Assembly (NCBI RefSeq): GCF_006345805.1
Contig: NC_042998.1
Location: 34,596,001 to 34,660,000, forward strand
Reading direction: 5' to 3'
Source: Octopus sinensis
Lineage: Eukaryota
DNA length: 64,000 nucleotides
Shown piece after piece: positions 22,332 to 36,572 of this stretch. Below the pieces are notes generated by a model, which did no database searches, was not told where the DNA came from, and was given only the letters and a program-made list of their open reading frames with translations. The first letter of the stretch is position 1; every line of letters begins with the position of its first letter. The position numbers and the translations under genes are program-made.

Positions 22332-24591
22332 ATCAGTTTTCTTAGTTTCAACATCAAAGAGTTCCATGTGGTAATTCTTAGAAAAGCTGGAAACCACTAT
22401 CAGTGAGGATGTCAAGTCATCATCATCATCATCAACCATCCATTTTCCAGGCTTGCATGAGGTGGATGGTTTGACAGGAGCTGGCAAACTAGGGGACTGC
22501 ATCTGGTTCCATTGTTTGTTTTGGCACAGTTGGCTGGATGCCCTTCCTAATGCCAACCATTTTACAGAGTGGACTGGGTGCTTTTCATTTGGCTCTGGCA
22601 CAATTGCTTTTTACATGTGGCACCAGGACCAGTAGGGTCACCAAGTAACTTGCAAGACAAAGACCTCTTAATTAAGAGAGGGAGCAGAACTGAAGGAAGT
22701 GGCTGTGTGTCAGACGAGAGGTTAGAGTAAGAGAGAGGGACAGAGATTGCTGTCTTACTATAGAGGAGATCATTGGCCACCTCAGTAGGACAAGGAAGAT
22801 GGGAAAGAGAGTGAGAAAGGAAGAAAGAAAGAGTCTAAGTGAGGGAGAGAAAGAGATTTTTTTTTACAGAAAATTTATGCCTTTTATACATATATGTAAG
22901 TTGAAAAAATCTGAAGTTGAACTGGGAAGCTCCCACCTTTTTCTTAATATATAAAACCACTTCAAACAATCTATATACACACACAGTTATGCATATATAT
23001 ACGAATATGTGTATATGTATGTGTGTGTGTGTCTGTGTGTCCCACCACTTGACAGCCAGTATTGTCCCTATAATTTAGTGGTTTGGCAAAAGCGATCATG
23101 GGATAAGCATCAGATTTTTAAAATATTACTGGGACTGATTTGTTTGACTAGAACCCCTCAAGGTGGTGCCCCAGCATGGTCACAGTCCAATAGCTGAAAC
23201 AAACAAAACATAAAAAAGATATCTGAACAACTACATAAACTGCTGTATGAATTATTAAGTATTTCGTCGACTTACACAACAAAATATTTTCAGTAGGTTT
23301 GAACTCATAAGCTTTTGAGCTAGTAATCCAATACCGATTCCACTCAACCATTTTACTTTACTGGTGCCAAAATTGGCAAAGAATGAGGTGGTGTTGTGGA
23401 CAGGTTTGGCTGAGCTGTGCAGGGAAAATGGACCTGATATAATAATAATATTGCTGGTGGTGGTAATGAAGTTGATAAGGGAAGTGTATGGGGAAATTTA
23501 TTTGAATATCAGCCAGATATTTGAGCAACTAATCTATTTTAACAAATCCACAAAGGTGCTCGGATATTTGTCAATGCATTCCTCTGAAATTATATAACTA
23601 TATTGCCTTTCTACTAATCTTCAAATGATCCGTTTTAAATTGCATATTTACACCATAAACTCTAAAACTAGTAAGCTACTACTTCTGATCAAAGCTTCAC
23701 TTATCTCTTCCCAAAATACTAAATTAATATAGGATTTCTTTAAACATTTTGCAGCTGATAAAGATTTGGTATATTCAGCTATTTTAAGCATGTACTCTTA
23801 AACTATATTTCTTGTAGATTTTTTTTTTTTGCTTTTTTTAATTCCATTTATTGATTTGCAGAGGGAATGATATTATTTTTCAGCTCACCTATAAAACTTT
23901 GAAACAAATTTCATAAGCTGGTTAATGTGTAACAAATTTTAGGAAAATATTTGTTTATTGTGCTAGGAAAACTGTTGAGTCAGTAATTCCACTGCTTGGG
24001 AAATTCCCCAAAGTTTTAGATCCATTATCAGTGCAATTTTCATATTCTCACATATTATATTCAGAATCAATCTCGAGATATGGGTTATTTCATTCAAACA
24101 CACACTATAAATGTCAACCTGTTTATTCATTTTATCAATAGTTGTTGTTGCTGCTGAAGTTGTTATCATCATCATCATCATCATCATTGCCACCACCTAT
24201 ATCATCATTGCTGTTGCTGTTTAGCCCCGAGTGAGCCTTGAATAGGCAGGCCTATGATGAAAGCCATTACATCTTTGCATATCCCATTTTCCTTTACATA
24301 TGTATGGCTGCATTGTCCTTCTGTTTTTCAAGAAGGATAATGTGATCTGACAGCAATTTAACTGCTATTTTACATACATTAAACTCCTAAGCATAAAAGC
24401 ATAACGAATGTCACCAGAACTTTCTGGCTGTCATTATGTTACACTCCTTTTCAGTATTTCAATGTCTTTGTGCTTTCTTTCTGTGGACAAGATTAACAAG
24501 TGAAAGTGGATGTAATGTTTGGTAATCAGTTAGGGGAATGAAGTCACAGCAAGAAGTAAAAAGATTTCGAGGCCCCTACCAGAACGTTTAA

Positions 24592-25358
24592 CCCTTCAGC
24601 ATTTAAGCTGACCATATCCGGCCCAAATATTCTGACAAGCCAAGTGAGACCATAGCCTGTGCCCTATGTCAGTGGGTGTAACCAGCCCATTTATGAATAC
24701 CCTTCATTCACTGGACAATAAATTTTGCTTCTGAAGACCTGTTGAGGCAAGTGAAATCAAAATCACTGACATGGCCAATGACAGTACCACCTGATTGGCA
24801 CTCATGCCAGTGAAATGTTAGAAGCACATCCGAGCATGATCGTTGCCAGGGCCACAGATTGGCTCCCGTGCTGGTGGCATGTAAAATGCACCATTCAAGC
24901 TTAATCATTGCCAGTGTCGCCTTACCGGCACGTGTGCCAGTGGCATATGAAAAACAACATTCAAGCATGGTCATTGCCAGTGCTGCCAGACTGGCTCCCG
25001 TGCAGGTAGCATGAAAAAAAAAACACCTTTTGAGCGTGGTCGTTGCCAGAACCGCCTGACTGGCCCTCGTGCCGGTGGCACATAAAAAGCACCCACTACA
25101 CTCTCAGAGTAGTTGGTGTTAGGAAGGGGCATCCAGCTGTAGAAACTTTGCTAGACCAGATTGGAGCCTGGTACAGCCTTCTGGCTCACCAGTCCGCAGT
25201 CAAACCATCCAACCCATGCCAATAAGGAAAGCAGACGTTAAACGACAACGATGATGATGATGAGCACTGACATCTTGACACTATCAGACAATGCATGATT
25301 AATTTTAAAAAATGTGAATAAATATGACATTTAATAGAGTAATTTGTAATCTGAAAGG
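24592..25358. mobile_element. piggyBac-type MITE (same family as 34336) split by a family C element
   Basis: TTAA-CCCTTCAGCATTTAAGCTGACCATATCCGGCCCAAATATTCT on the left and CTGAAAGG-TTAA on the right. Confidence 0.6.
24636..25262 (+). mobile_element. Family C element, longest copy
   Basis: Additional 5' region, repeated about 45-nt units, core GGTGTTAGGAAGGGGCATCCAGCTGTAG and (GAT)n tail. Confidence 0.78.
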
Positions 25359-26197
25359 TTAAACATATATATGCATTTTGATTGATTGTGAGAATGCTTT
25401 TTAAACTTAGAATCAATAGGATATTTTTTTATTTATTTATCATCTTCAGGAAGGCATTTGCTTTGATCTTGATGACTTCAACAAACGGAAAAGTGAAGAT
25501 TTCCATTTTTTTGTTTTTTTGATTTGCCACTGGAGACGTTGTCATTTTGAAGTCTTCTTTTACAACCTGTAATTCTCAGCTTGTCTAAATGATTTTAGTT
25601 AAAGGCAGTTTCAGTGTTATTTTAACTTTATTGATCTGATGGAATCTGTGTTGGGATGAATTGCCTGGTATTATAAAAAAAAAGAAAGAAAAAAAAGGAT
25701 AATATCCTTACTTCATAATGGTTTCAAATTTGGCACTGGGGGGTAAGTCAATTACATCGAGCCCAGTACATGACTGGTACTTATTTCATCAACCTCAAGA
25801 TGATGAAAGATAATGTTGACTTTAGTGGAATTTGAACTCAGAACATAAAGACAAATGAAATGCTGCTAGGCAACCCAGATTTTAATAGGGATCTGATCAA
25901 AAGGAAGAACAGCATTTCTGATGCAAAAGCATTTTTTTTTTTCTTTTAGTTACTCTTATGTAAATATCCAGGTTCACTGAACATTTGCATTTTGATATTT
26001 TGTGAAAAATGAATGTAAATCCTGTAATACACACATACATAAATACATACATAGATAGAACGAGCAATACTGATTCCATGGCTCCATACTTTGGAATGAC
26101 TAAATATGAAATACTATTGGAACTTACGTACCATGTACAAGAAACTTTACCACTTCTATACACCATTTTCCTTGAATAATGGAACTGTAACTACAAT

Positions 26198-26515
26198 CAT
26201 CATCATCATCATTTAGCATCTGCTTTCCATGCTAGCATGGGTTGGATGGTTCAACTGGGGTCTGGGAAGCCAGAAGGCTGCACCGGACCCAGTCTGAACT
26301 GGCAATGTTTCTACGGCTGGATGCCCTTCCTAACGCCAACCACTCCATGAGTGTAGTGGCTGCTTTTTACGTGCCAGACGGAGCTGGCAAACGGCCACGG
26401 TCGGATGGTGCTTTTTATGTGCCACTGGCACGGGGGCCAGGCAAGGCTGGCAATGGCCATGATCAGATGGTGCTTCTTACGTGCCACTGGCACGGGGGCC
26501 AGGCGAGGCTGGCAT
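26198..26515 (-). mobile_element. Family C element
   Basis: Same tail and core. Further copies at about 7471, 15180, 22415, 27829, 28465, 30390, 38415, 40085, 51335, 57345 and 59020-59460. Confidence 0.8.
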
Positions 26516-26710
26516 ATCTTTATATAACTTATTTCTACTGTCATTCTCTTATTTCCCTATCTCCTCCTTTCCATAATAATTCGAACTCAAATATTTTCTC
26601 ACACCATCTCTGAAGGGATATCCATAATATCCCAGAAACAGCTATAAGAATATTTCATTATAAATGTCCTGAAAACTCCTCACAGCCTTAGCTTTGTTAT
26701 CTCATTCTAA

Positions 26711-26875
26711 TATACATAATTGTAAAAGAGGACAAGAAACGTTAAGGTAAACATCTCAAGTCATATGTATTATTATTATTATTATTGGAAAAAAATTTTT
26801 TGCAATAATAATAATAATGCATATGACTTGAGATATTTGCCTTAACGTTTGTTGACCTCTTTAACAATTATATAT
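26711..26875. repeat. Imperfect palindrome, arms about 70 nt
   Basis: ...AAACGTTAAGGTAAACATCTCAAGTCATATG(TAT)n mirrored by (AAT)nGCATATGACTTGAGATATTTGCCTTAACGTTT. Confidence 0.8.
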
Positions 26876-27077
26876 CTGCTATATTGGAAATCTGCAACGG
26901 CTCCATAACTACTGTCTCGGCTATAACCTTGGAACTCTAGTAATCCGTTACAGCACTTACCTAGCGTACCTAATCATTTAGATCACCTGTGAACTAAACC
27001 CCCATACTTTGTGTGTGTGTGTATATACATACATATATATATATATATATATAGTAATAATGAGGATATTTAAACCA

Positions 27078-27308
27078 GGCGGTGAGCTGGCAGAAACGTT
27101 AGCACGCCGGGCGAAATGTTTAACGGTATTTTGTATGTCTTTACATTCTGAGTTCAAATTCCGCCAAGGTCGACTTTGCCTTTCATCCTTTCGAGGTCAA
27201 TTAAATAAGTACCAGTTGCGCACTGGGGTCGATGTAATCGACTTATTCTGTGTGTCTGTCCTTTTTTGTCCCCTCTGTGTTTAGCCCATTATGGGTAGTA
27301 AAGAAATA
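27078..27308 (+). mobile_element. SINE family B (tail type 2) with 13-bp TSD
   Basis: TSD GATATTTAAACCA at 27065 and 27309. Confidence 0.88.
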
Positions 27309-27670
27309 GATATTTAAACCATTTATATGGATATTTATCCAAGACACACTGGTCTAATATATTAAATTTTGAAGAAATTATTCTTCAATGGATGTATTAT
27401 ATAGAATATCATAAAATATCAAGCATTTTTATCGAGTTAGAAAACAGAGAGATTTAATGGATACAAATTAATTTATTAATTAATCAACATATTCACCAGC
27501 AATTGTTTCATTTCATAAACAAAATAAAACTACAGAACATATGTAAATATATAATTATGCATTTTAAATAGCTTGTATGGAAAATCATCAGGGTATGCAG
27601 AGGACAATAAGGATTACGTTAGGCTACTTTTAGAATACACAGAATATACAGACATGTTTACTATATATAT

Positions 27671-27717
<47 letters not shown>

Positions 27718-29044
27718 AATTAGTATACATTTAAACACAAAAGAGGCAAGCCTTAACAGGTTGCCTAATATACTAGAAAGACCAGCCCAAAAGTCCAAAC
27801 CACAGTTAAGAGCAATTGCAAAGCATATATCATCATCGTCGTCATCGTTTAACATCCGTTTTCCATGCTAGCATGTGTTGCATGGTTCAACCAGGGTCTG
27901 GGAAGCCAGGAGGCTGCACCAGGCTCCAGTCTGATGATCTGGCAGTGTTTTTACAGCTGGATGACCTTCCTAATGCCAAACACTCCGAGAGTGTAGAAAT
28001 CACTCCGAGAGTGTAGCCAGCCACACACACACATATATATATACGTATATGTATGCTTGTTTGTTTAATAGAATATAAAAAGTATAAGCAGGCAACTGGT
28101 ATGAGGTCAGCTTATGACATTTATACATTTAAACATGGAGATTGAGTTGTTATGGGATTATAGATTACAAGAAGTCAATAAAAAAATCAGTTGAAGAATG
28201 TTCATGATGGTTATGGCATATTCTAGTCTTCTCCCAGAACAGTTATATGTAAGACCGAATTATAAATATTTGGTAAAACTAGTCATCATAGGTAGAGTCC
28301 AAAGCAGGATGAGAAGAAAGGTAGAAAGAAGGAAGGAAGGTGTGCAGGTATTTTCTTACATCTATTTGAAAAATACATGCAAAGATGGTGCATTCTTCTG
28401 ATTGTAATGGAATGTGTTGCAACTACAATGTTCACTGCTAATTGTCTGTGGGGGAATGCATCATCTGCAATTCGTCTTCGTTATTATTTAACATTTGTTT
28501 TCCATACTGGCATGGGTTGGACAGTTTGACAGGAACTGACGAGGCCAAAAGCTGCACCAGGTTCCATTGTCCGTTTTGGCAAGGTTTTCAATGGTTGGCG
28601 GCCTTCCCTAATGCCAATCACTTCACAGAGTGTGCTGGGTGCTTTTTATGTGGCACTTGCACCAGTGCATTATATGTGGAACCAGCATGGGTGCTGTGTA
28701 CATGGCATTAGCATGGGTACTTTTTATGTGACACCAGAACAGGTACTTTTTACATAGCACCATCTTGGAATGTGGCACTTGCACAAGTATTCTAGAAACA
28801 GCTGTAAGATTCTATTGGTACACCTTCCTTTCTCTTTCTTTCTCATCCAGCTTTGCATTCTTTCTATGATGACCAGCATTACTTAATTACAAATTATTCA
28901 GACTTACCATATGACTATTCCAGAAGAATACTCTATCTTCCATACTCATTACGAATATTCTTCAATTAATTCTTGATCAATATTCCTGTAAAATTCTAAC
29001 TTCATATTTAGATATATAAATAATTTTTTTTACCATCTGACCCA

Positions 29045-29281
29045 ATACCTATTTCTTTATTACCCACTAGGGGCTAAACATAGAGGGGACAAACAAGGAC
29101 AGACATAGGTATTAAGTCGATTACATTGACCCCAGTGCGTAACTGGTACTTAATTTATCGAGCCAAAAGGATGAAAGGTAAAGTCGACCTCGGCGGAATT
29201 TGAACTCACAACGTAACGGCAGACGAAATACCACTAAGCATTTCGCCCGATGTGCTAACGTTTCTGCCAGCTTTCCGCCTT
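29045..29281 (-). mobile_element. SINE family B (tail type 2)
   Basis: Reverse complement of the consensus. Confidence 0.83.
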
Positions 29282-29498
29282 ACCAGTTGTTTGTAGTTTT
29301 GTCTTAAGACAAACACACTGGACAGTTGCCCAGGGGCCCCATGAGTATGAGGCCTAATTTGGATGTGTGTATGCTCTGCCTTGCTGTCAGTACATAAATA
29401 CTGCAGGGCCCTGTGCACTGATTTGTGCAAGGTCCTACAAGGCTAGTAAGACGGCACTGGTTGTGTATCTGTTTATATTTTTATTCTATTATACACAT

Positions 29499-29875
29499 AG
29501 GCACAGGCATGGCTGTGTGGTAAGTAGCTTCCTTCCCAACCACATGGTTCCAGGTTCAGTCCCACTGCGTGGCACCTTGGGCAAGTGTCTTCTACTATAG
29601 CCTCAGGTCAGCCAAAGCCTTCTGAATGGATTTGGTAGACAGAAACTGAAAGAAGCCCTGTATATGTGTGTGTATATATATATATGTGTGTTTGTGTGTC
29701 TGTGTTTGATCACCCCCACCATTGCTTGACAACAAATGTTGGTGTGTTTATGTCCCCGTAACTTAGCGGTTTGGCAAAAGGGACCGATAAACTAAGTACT
29801 GGGGTCAATTTGTTCAACTAAAGGTGGTGCTCCATCATGGCCACAGTCAAATGACTGGAACAAGTAAAAGAATAT
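29499..29875 (+). mobile_element. SINE family A
   Basis: Full head-to-tail homology. Confidence 0.83.
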
Positions 29876-30599
29876 ACCAGCTCGAATGAAACGCTGCCTG
29901 TAGCCATTCTTCAGTAGCCAGCTATAAACCTCCATGATGGAAAGGAGTGGAAAAATCCAGAAGGGAGTCTGTAAATACCCAAGAGATTAAGGAATATCTT
30001 ACAACTTGAAAATAATGCTGGGAAACCTTAATTAAAACTATACTGTACTTACACATGTACATATTACAAGAATATTAATACATTCCAAAAGATAAATCTC
30101 TGCTATTGGCCAAAAATCAGTTATGAATAAGGAAATGGAAAAGCAGCAGTGATAAAGAACAAGTGATTACGTTCGATATTTAACGAGACAGGCAATTGGT
30201 GCAGTTTCGCATTGTTGATATTGGTTTGTACCAAGAACAAATAGATTTAAGTGAGTAAGCATGCTTTAGTATTGACCATTGGAAAGATGCAGAGGAAATC
30301 AGTGGCCGACAGAAGGAAGCTTATAATATCTGTGAAATTAATGAAAATCTTACGTAGAACTTAAAAATAATGCTTAATATGTATCTCATCGTAGTTTAAC
30401 ATCCGCTTTCCATGCTGGCATGGGTTGGATGATTTTGACTGAGGGCTGGCAAACCAGACAGCCGCACCAGGCTATAATCTTGATCTGGCAGTGTTTCTAC
30501 AGCTAGATGCCCTTCCTAACGCCAACCACTCCAAGAGTGTAGTGGGTGCTTTTTATGTGCCACCGGCACGGGGCCATTCAGGCGATACTGGCAACCTGA

Positions 30600-31300
30600 A
30601 TGCATACAAACTGCTCATGCAAAATGCCAGCAATGCTTGTGCATGAGTTCATTGCACTGGCAGTCGTCTTCACCTAGGTGCACATCCACAGCTTCCATGC
30701 TCACCATAGCACATTCCTACTCAACTGGGGAATCAGAGAGTTGCCATCACTAGCAATAGCATAACTTGAAATTTTAGGTCCAATAAGGCTTGCAGAGCAC
30801 CTTGCAGATCTTCTCTACCCTGCTAACATGATCCAGAAACAAACCATGGCAAGATGTCTGGTGCCAATATGGGTCACAGGCTCAGGGATGTGGGAGGGCC
30901 ATGATCTCAAGCAGAAACCAAAGACCCCCAAAATATCCGATGCCATTCCCTGTATGTCTGGTTTCATATCAGAGTGACCCTCTAGAACAGTGGTTTTCAA
31001 CCAGGGTTCCACCAATACAGTCCAGGGGTTCCACAAGAAGTTACAAAAATGCTAAAATCGACAGTAATTTTTAATTCTCTTGTGCAGATATGTGTGCATA
31101 AGACAATTAAATTATTGCACAGGGGTTCCTCGAGCCAGTGGAACGTTTCCTTGGGGTTCCGCTTCAGCAAAAAGTTTGAAAAGCACTGCTTTAGAGACAT
31201 GCTCTAACAAATGCTAAGGGGTGCCTCACTCCCAACAGTCTTCCAGCATGCCAGATGCCAATACAGAATTTGTGAGGGCCTGTGCTAGTATTAGATTGTC
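30600..31300 (+). mobile_element. Possible very old RTE-like LINE fragment, interrupted by a hAT MITE
   Basis: Only weak frameshifted motifs (IRLAEH, NHGK) reminiscent of the RTE C-terminal RLAGH...P.HG region. Confidence 0.25.
30988..31188. mobile_element. hAT-type MITE
   Basis: TIR CAGTGGTTTTCAA / TTGAAAAGCACTG; 8-bp flanks CTCTAGAA / CTTTAGAG. Confidence 0.8.
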
Positions 31301-32690
31301 ATTGAACCTACACTAAGTTCATCTATCCTTTTGATAGGTATTGTTTTGATTCTCGCTGTGCTGAGTTTCTGTCAACCCTCCTCACCCTGCAAGCCAAGTG
31401 TCCTGTTTGTGTCTGTCAGCCAATTGTTCCAACTCTCTCTGAGTTAAATTCCAATTGAGGTTAAATTTGGCTTCCATCCTTTTGACGACTGGTAAATAAA
31501 GTGCCATTTAAGTGTTAGTGCAGCTGTCTTTCTCTCTCAGCTGTTACATCTTAGATGTTCCTCTAAGTTAAATGCAAGAAGGACGAGGAGATGGTGTCCA
31601 TGTCTGCTTGCAACTGTCTGACCATCTGAAGCCATTAGTGAAAGCATGGTTCATGCTGGTACAAAGTCGTACTTTAGAGTGAGTAATAGCTGCATTCTCA
31701 TGATGTGTGTGTGTGTGTGTGTAGTTATACATATTACATTAACACTTTGATTTTCTTTGGAAATTTAACCATATAGGCACAACCATGGCTGTGTGGTAAG
31801 AAGTTTACTTCGCAACTATATGGCTCTGAGTTCAATCCCACCACATGGCACCTTGGGAAAGTATGTTCTGCAATAGCCTTGGGTCAACCAAAGCCTTGTG
31901 AGTGGATTTGGTTGATGGAAACTGAAGGAAGCCTGATATGTGTGTGTGTGTGTCCTATTATAAATTTGAGTCACATTTCTCTGTCCGTTACAGTTTTTTA
32001 TGTTCATTAACTCATCCTAGACAACGAAACTCAAATCAGCAACTCTCCTAATCCCAAGGAATGTCCTATGGGAGTCTATAAGGGCCGCCTAATTAGAGAC
32101 CCTTTGACCACCCCTCTATTTTCATTGCATTTTAAGTTAAATACATGGCATTGGCAACCAAATCAGAATAATGACAACGAATTTCATTCCACAATTTCCC
32201 AGGGAGTATTGTAAGGAGGTTCAATTTCTGATGGGCTGTTTAAATGGGGCCCCACTGACACCCCTCTGCATTTACCTTGCTCCTATGCTCATTGATTAAA
32301 CTATGATCAGCATCAGTGTTTAGCACATTTGTAGAAATAAGGTTGGGCATTCTAAATACTTTCACATACATTCAAATCAGGATAAAGAATTATAACAGGT
32401 ACATGATAAAGTGCTATAACAGGTACGTTTCAGGTGTGTTAGTGTGGATATTTATATTTTGTAGTTTATGAAACTTATGTCTAGGTGGAAAATTTATCTT
32501 CCTGTTCCGGTTACATATCGATGCTGAGACAGGAGGGATCCATTTCCCACGTTGCTTTTTTTTTCATTTTATTCTGACGATGAAAATTTGTGACTCTTTC
32601 ACGGAGTCATATTTGCTTTCAAACTCACTGTAGTTATTAATTCACTTCATATTTTTAGACTTGAACTTCCATTCAGACTAAACATATATA

Positions 32691-32927
32691 CAGGGTGTTC
32701 AAAAAGTCTCTCCACAGTAAGTAATTTATTGCAAAATAAATATTTATAAGATGGTATAAGACTACAAAAAAATATATTAGACTTTACAAGACTTTAAAAA
32801 AAAATTTATAAGAGGTGTTGAAAGTGTTGCCCTTCATTTTCAATTCATAAGTTGACTCTTCTAGACATGTCTTGAAATACATCTTGGAGAAAAAAATTCA
32901 CTGCGGAGAGACTTTTTGAACACCCTA
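32691..32927. mobile_element. Tc1/mariner MITE
   Basis: TIR CAGGGTGTTCAAAAAGTCTCTCCACAGT / ACTGCGGAGAGACTTTTTGAACACCCTA, TA flanks. Confidence 0.85.
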
Positions 32928-33067
32928 TACAATGAATGTGTCCAAGTTCATTACATTACACAAGGGTAGAGGGCCGTGAAGCAGGCCAATAGTGGGGCCA
33001 GAGGCCTCAAAAGTCCCCTTTGCAGAAGGTAGCCTGAATGCCACCCAAAGGGCGGTTCAAGGCTATC

Positions 33068-33115
<48 letters not shown>

Positions 33116-33605
33116 TTACATACGTACATACGCATAGGTATGTATGTACGTGTATATCTGTGTTTGTCCCCCATCACCACTTGACAACCAGTGTTGGTGT
33201 GTTTACATCCCTGTGACTTAGTGGTTTGTGAAAAGAGACCGATAGAATAAGCATCAAGCTTAAAAGAAAGAAGTACTGCGGTCAATTCATTCAACTAAAA
33301 AAAATCATTGTAGATGGTGCCCCAGCGTGACCACAGCCTAATGACTGAAACAAGTGAAAGGTAAAAGGTAAAAGACATCCAGCAGGAAATATTCACTGAT
33401 TTGAGGTTATCATTTGCACCGAATTTCTGGTTTCTCTTGAATTCTGGTTTCACCAATTCCATCATGAGAAGAACAAACATCAAAATTCCCATCTGTCCAG
33501 TTTTGAATTCTATTGGGATCGTCTCGTATTATCATCATCATCATTGTTTAACATCCGCTTTCCATGCTGGCATGGATTTGGACAGTTTGACTGAGGGCTG
33601 GCACC

Positions 33606-33827
33606 AAGCTGGCAGAAATGTTAGCACGCCGGGCGAAATGCTTAGCGGTATTTTGTCTATCTTTACGTTCTGAGTTCCGTCGAGGTCGACTTTGCATTTT
33701 GTCCTTTCAGGGTCAATTAAATAAGTACCAGTTACGCACTGGGGTCGATATAATCGACTTAATCCGTTTGTCTGTCCTTGTTTGTCTTCTCTGTATTTAG
33801 CCCCTTGTGGGTAGTAAAGAAATAGGT
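33606..33827 (+). mobile_element. SINE family B inserted into a family C copy
   Basis: GTTTGACTGAGGGCTGGC is duplicated on both sides. Confidence 0.8.
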
Positions 33828-33929
33828 TTGACTGAGGGCTGGCGAGCCAGAGGGCTGCACCAACAGTGCTTACAAATAAGTTTACACTGCAGAGTTTTGT
33901 TCATTTCATTTTACTTGATTAATCCTTCA

Positions 33930-34255
33930 TCTTTTACTTGTTTCAGTCATTAGATCATGGCCATGCTGGGGCACTGCCTTGAAGAATATTTAGTTAAATA
34001 AATCAACCGCAGTACTTAAATTTTTGTTAAGCATCATACTTATTCTGTTGGTCTCTTTTGCTAGAGTGCTAAGTTATGGGGATGTAAACACACCAACACT
34101 GGTTACCATGTGATGGGGGTAAGAAAACACAGATACATACACACACACACACATACTACAGGCTTCTTTCAGTTTCCATCTACCAAATCCACTCACAAGG
34201 CTTTGGTCCACCTGAGGTCATAGTAGTAGACATTTGTCCAAATTGCCATGCAGCC
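33930..34255 (-). mobile_element. SINE family A, diverged
   Basis: Reverse-complement tail and middle. Confidence 0.72.
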
Positions 34256-34335
34256 ACATTTGCATGAAATAAGTAAACCTGTATAAGTCCTGCATATTGT
34301 ATTGTGAGGGCATCGTTTCAAGCCTTCACCTTTAA

Positions 34336-34562
34336 CCCTTTAGCATTTAGCATTTAAACCGGCCATAACTGGCTCAAATATTCTGCCTGCTTTATGCTCA
34401 AACCAGCCAGATCTCATCTCTCACACCTACCCTATGATATCATTCTTAAAATATACAATTATATCATCAAAATCTCTAAGCTACAAGGTAACGCATAATT
34501 AATTCAAAACAGTGTGAGTAAATAAGCATTACATTTGACAAAGTAATATGAACGCTATAGGG
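34336..34562. mobile_element. piggyBac-type MITE
   Basis: TTAA-CCCTTTAGCATT ... AACGCTATAGGG-TTAA. Confidence 0.78.
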
Positions 34563-35754
34563 TTAAGTTGCATATCCAGAAAAAAAAAGTCAGCATTTTA
34601 TTGAGTGTCTGAGGCTCAGTAAAACCCCTAGAATCATCATTGCAGCATATTAAAGCACTCTTCAGTTATACGGTCCTCCTGCTGTTTATTTTTGAGTCAT
34701 GTCTCTCATAATAACTTTTAACGCAGAGTTATATTCATCATCATCATCATCAGCAGCAGCAGCATCCAATGTTTTAAATCTGAGTTTTGTCCCCATTAAC
34801 AGGGGTGGCCGGAGCTACCTCAGTGCCATAGCAACTGAGGTAGGCAGGTGCCGCCCACCCCAACCTTTGGGCTGGCTGGTGCCCATTCTCCTGAGATATC
34901 ATGAGGCTTTTTTGGAGCTGGATTTTCTACGGGGAGCATGCCTTTGCTTACTCCTAACCTCAGTTTCTAGAAATGAGCGGTGCCAAGATCAAGGCCTCTA
35001 CCACGATTTTTAAGAAATGTGGTGGAAAACTAACTGAGGGGTGGCAGGGATGCTACTCCCTGAGAACCCTTTTGGAGCCCCTCAACCTGTATTGAATTAT
35101 GAAATTCTCCACTCTGTCCAGGAAGGTAGAAACTCTAAGAACTGACTCAGTCTGGGATAACTCATCCTATTTTTGCCAGTATCAAATGCAGACATGGAAA
35201 TGATGATGGAGATGATGATGATGATGATGATGAAGATATAACGTTCAATGGCAGAATGATGCTATTTTATCTTTTGCTCTTTTACTTGTTTCAGTCATTT
35301 GACCGCAGCCATGCTGGAGCATCACCTTAAACAGTTTTAGTCAAAGAAATCGACCCCAGGACTTATTCTTCATATGCCCAGTGCTTATTCTATCATTCTC
35401 TTTTGCCAAACTGCTAAGTTATGGGGATGTAAACACACCCACATCAGCAGACATTAAACGATGATGATGATGATATGTATGTATATATATATATATATAT
35501 ATACATACATACATACATACAAAAGGGTCTAATGCTCTTAGCTTAGACTTTGGGGGGGACAACCAGATTGAACCATCTCAAGTGTAACTGTCCAAAATGG
35601 TCATGACTTCTGGTACTTGTCTGATGAAAGAAAGCCAAGAATGACCCATCTTTTTTTGCCTGTCCTAATTGTTGTTTCTCTTGTCTGCCTTTGTGTCGTC
35701 TATCAGCTCAAACGTTTCAATGCCCTCTACCGCATTTTTATTTCATTCATATAT

Positions 35755-36055
35755 ATCATCATCATCATCGTTTAACGTCCATTTTCCATGCTAGCATGGG
35801 TTAGACAGTTCAACCGGGGTCTGGGAAGCCAGGAGGCTGCACCAGACTCCAGTCTGCTCTGGCAGTGTTTCTACTGCTGGATGCCCTTCCTAATGCCAAC
35901 CACTCCATGAGTGTAGTGGGTGCTTTGTATGTGCCACTGACACAGGTGCCAGGGGAGGATGGCAACGGCCAAAATCGGTTGGTGCTTTTTACGTGCCACC
36001 GGCATGGGTATCACAACTACAATTTCCATTGATTTTTTGATGTTGATGTACTTGT
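35755..36055 (-). mobile_element. Family C element
   Basis: Same tail and core. Confidence 0.8.
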
Positions 36056-36105
36056 CACACATATAGAACAGATATGAGAAGTGAGATATATATATATATA
36101 TATGT

Positions 36106-36381
36106 GGAGGCCCAGTGGTTAAGGCAGCGGACTCATGATTGTAGTATCGCGGTTTCGATTCCCAGACCGGGCGTTGTGAGTGTTTATTGAGCGAAAACAC
36201 CTAAAAGCTCCACGACGCTCCGGCAGGAGGTGGTGATCCCTGCTGTACTCTTTCACCACTCTTTCTTCTGTTGGCCTGCTCGCTTAGCCAGCGGGGTGGC
36301 CTCATTCGAAGGCTAAATCAATGCGAACGCATTGTGACCAGCAATGTGTAACAACATCTGATGGTCTGGTCGGTCACATGA
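36106..36381 (+). mobile_element. tRNA-derived SINE, family D
   Basis: Head GGAGGCCCAGTGGTTAAGGCAGCGGACT...GGTTTCGATTCCC; (TA)n on both sides; tail fragment also near 49265-49320. Confidence 0.75.
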
Positions 36382-36382
36382 T

Positions 36383-36572
<190 letters not shown>

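Noticed and set aside
34815-34850. Hairpin containing TGAGGTAG, the let-7 5' sequence
   Set aside because: Only 8 nt match, the stem is 10 bp, and the motif is on the 3' arm; not a let-7 precursor.
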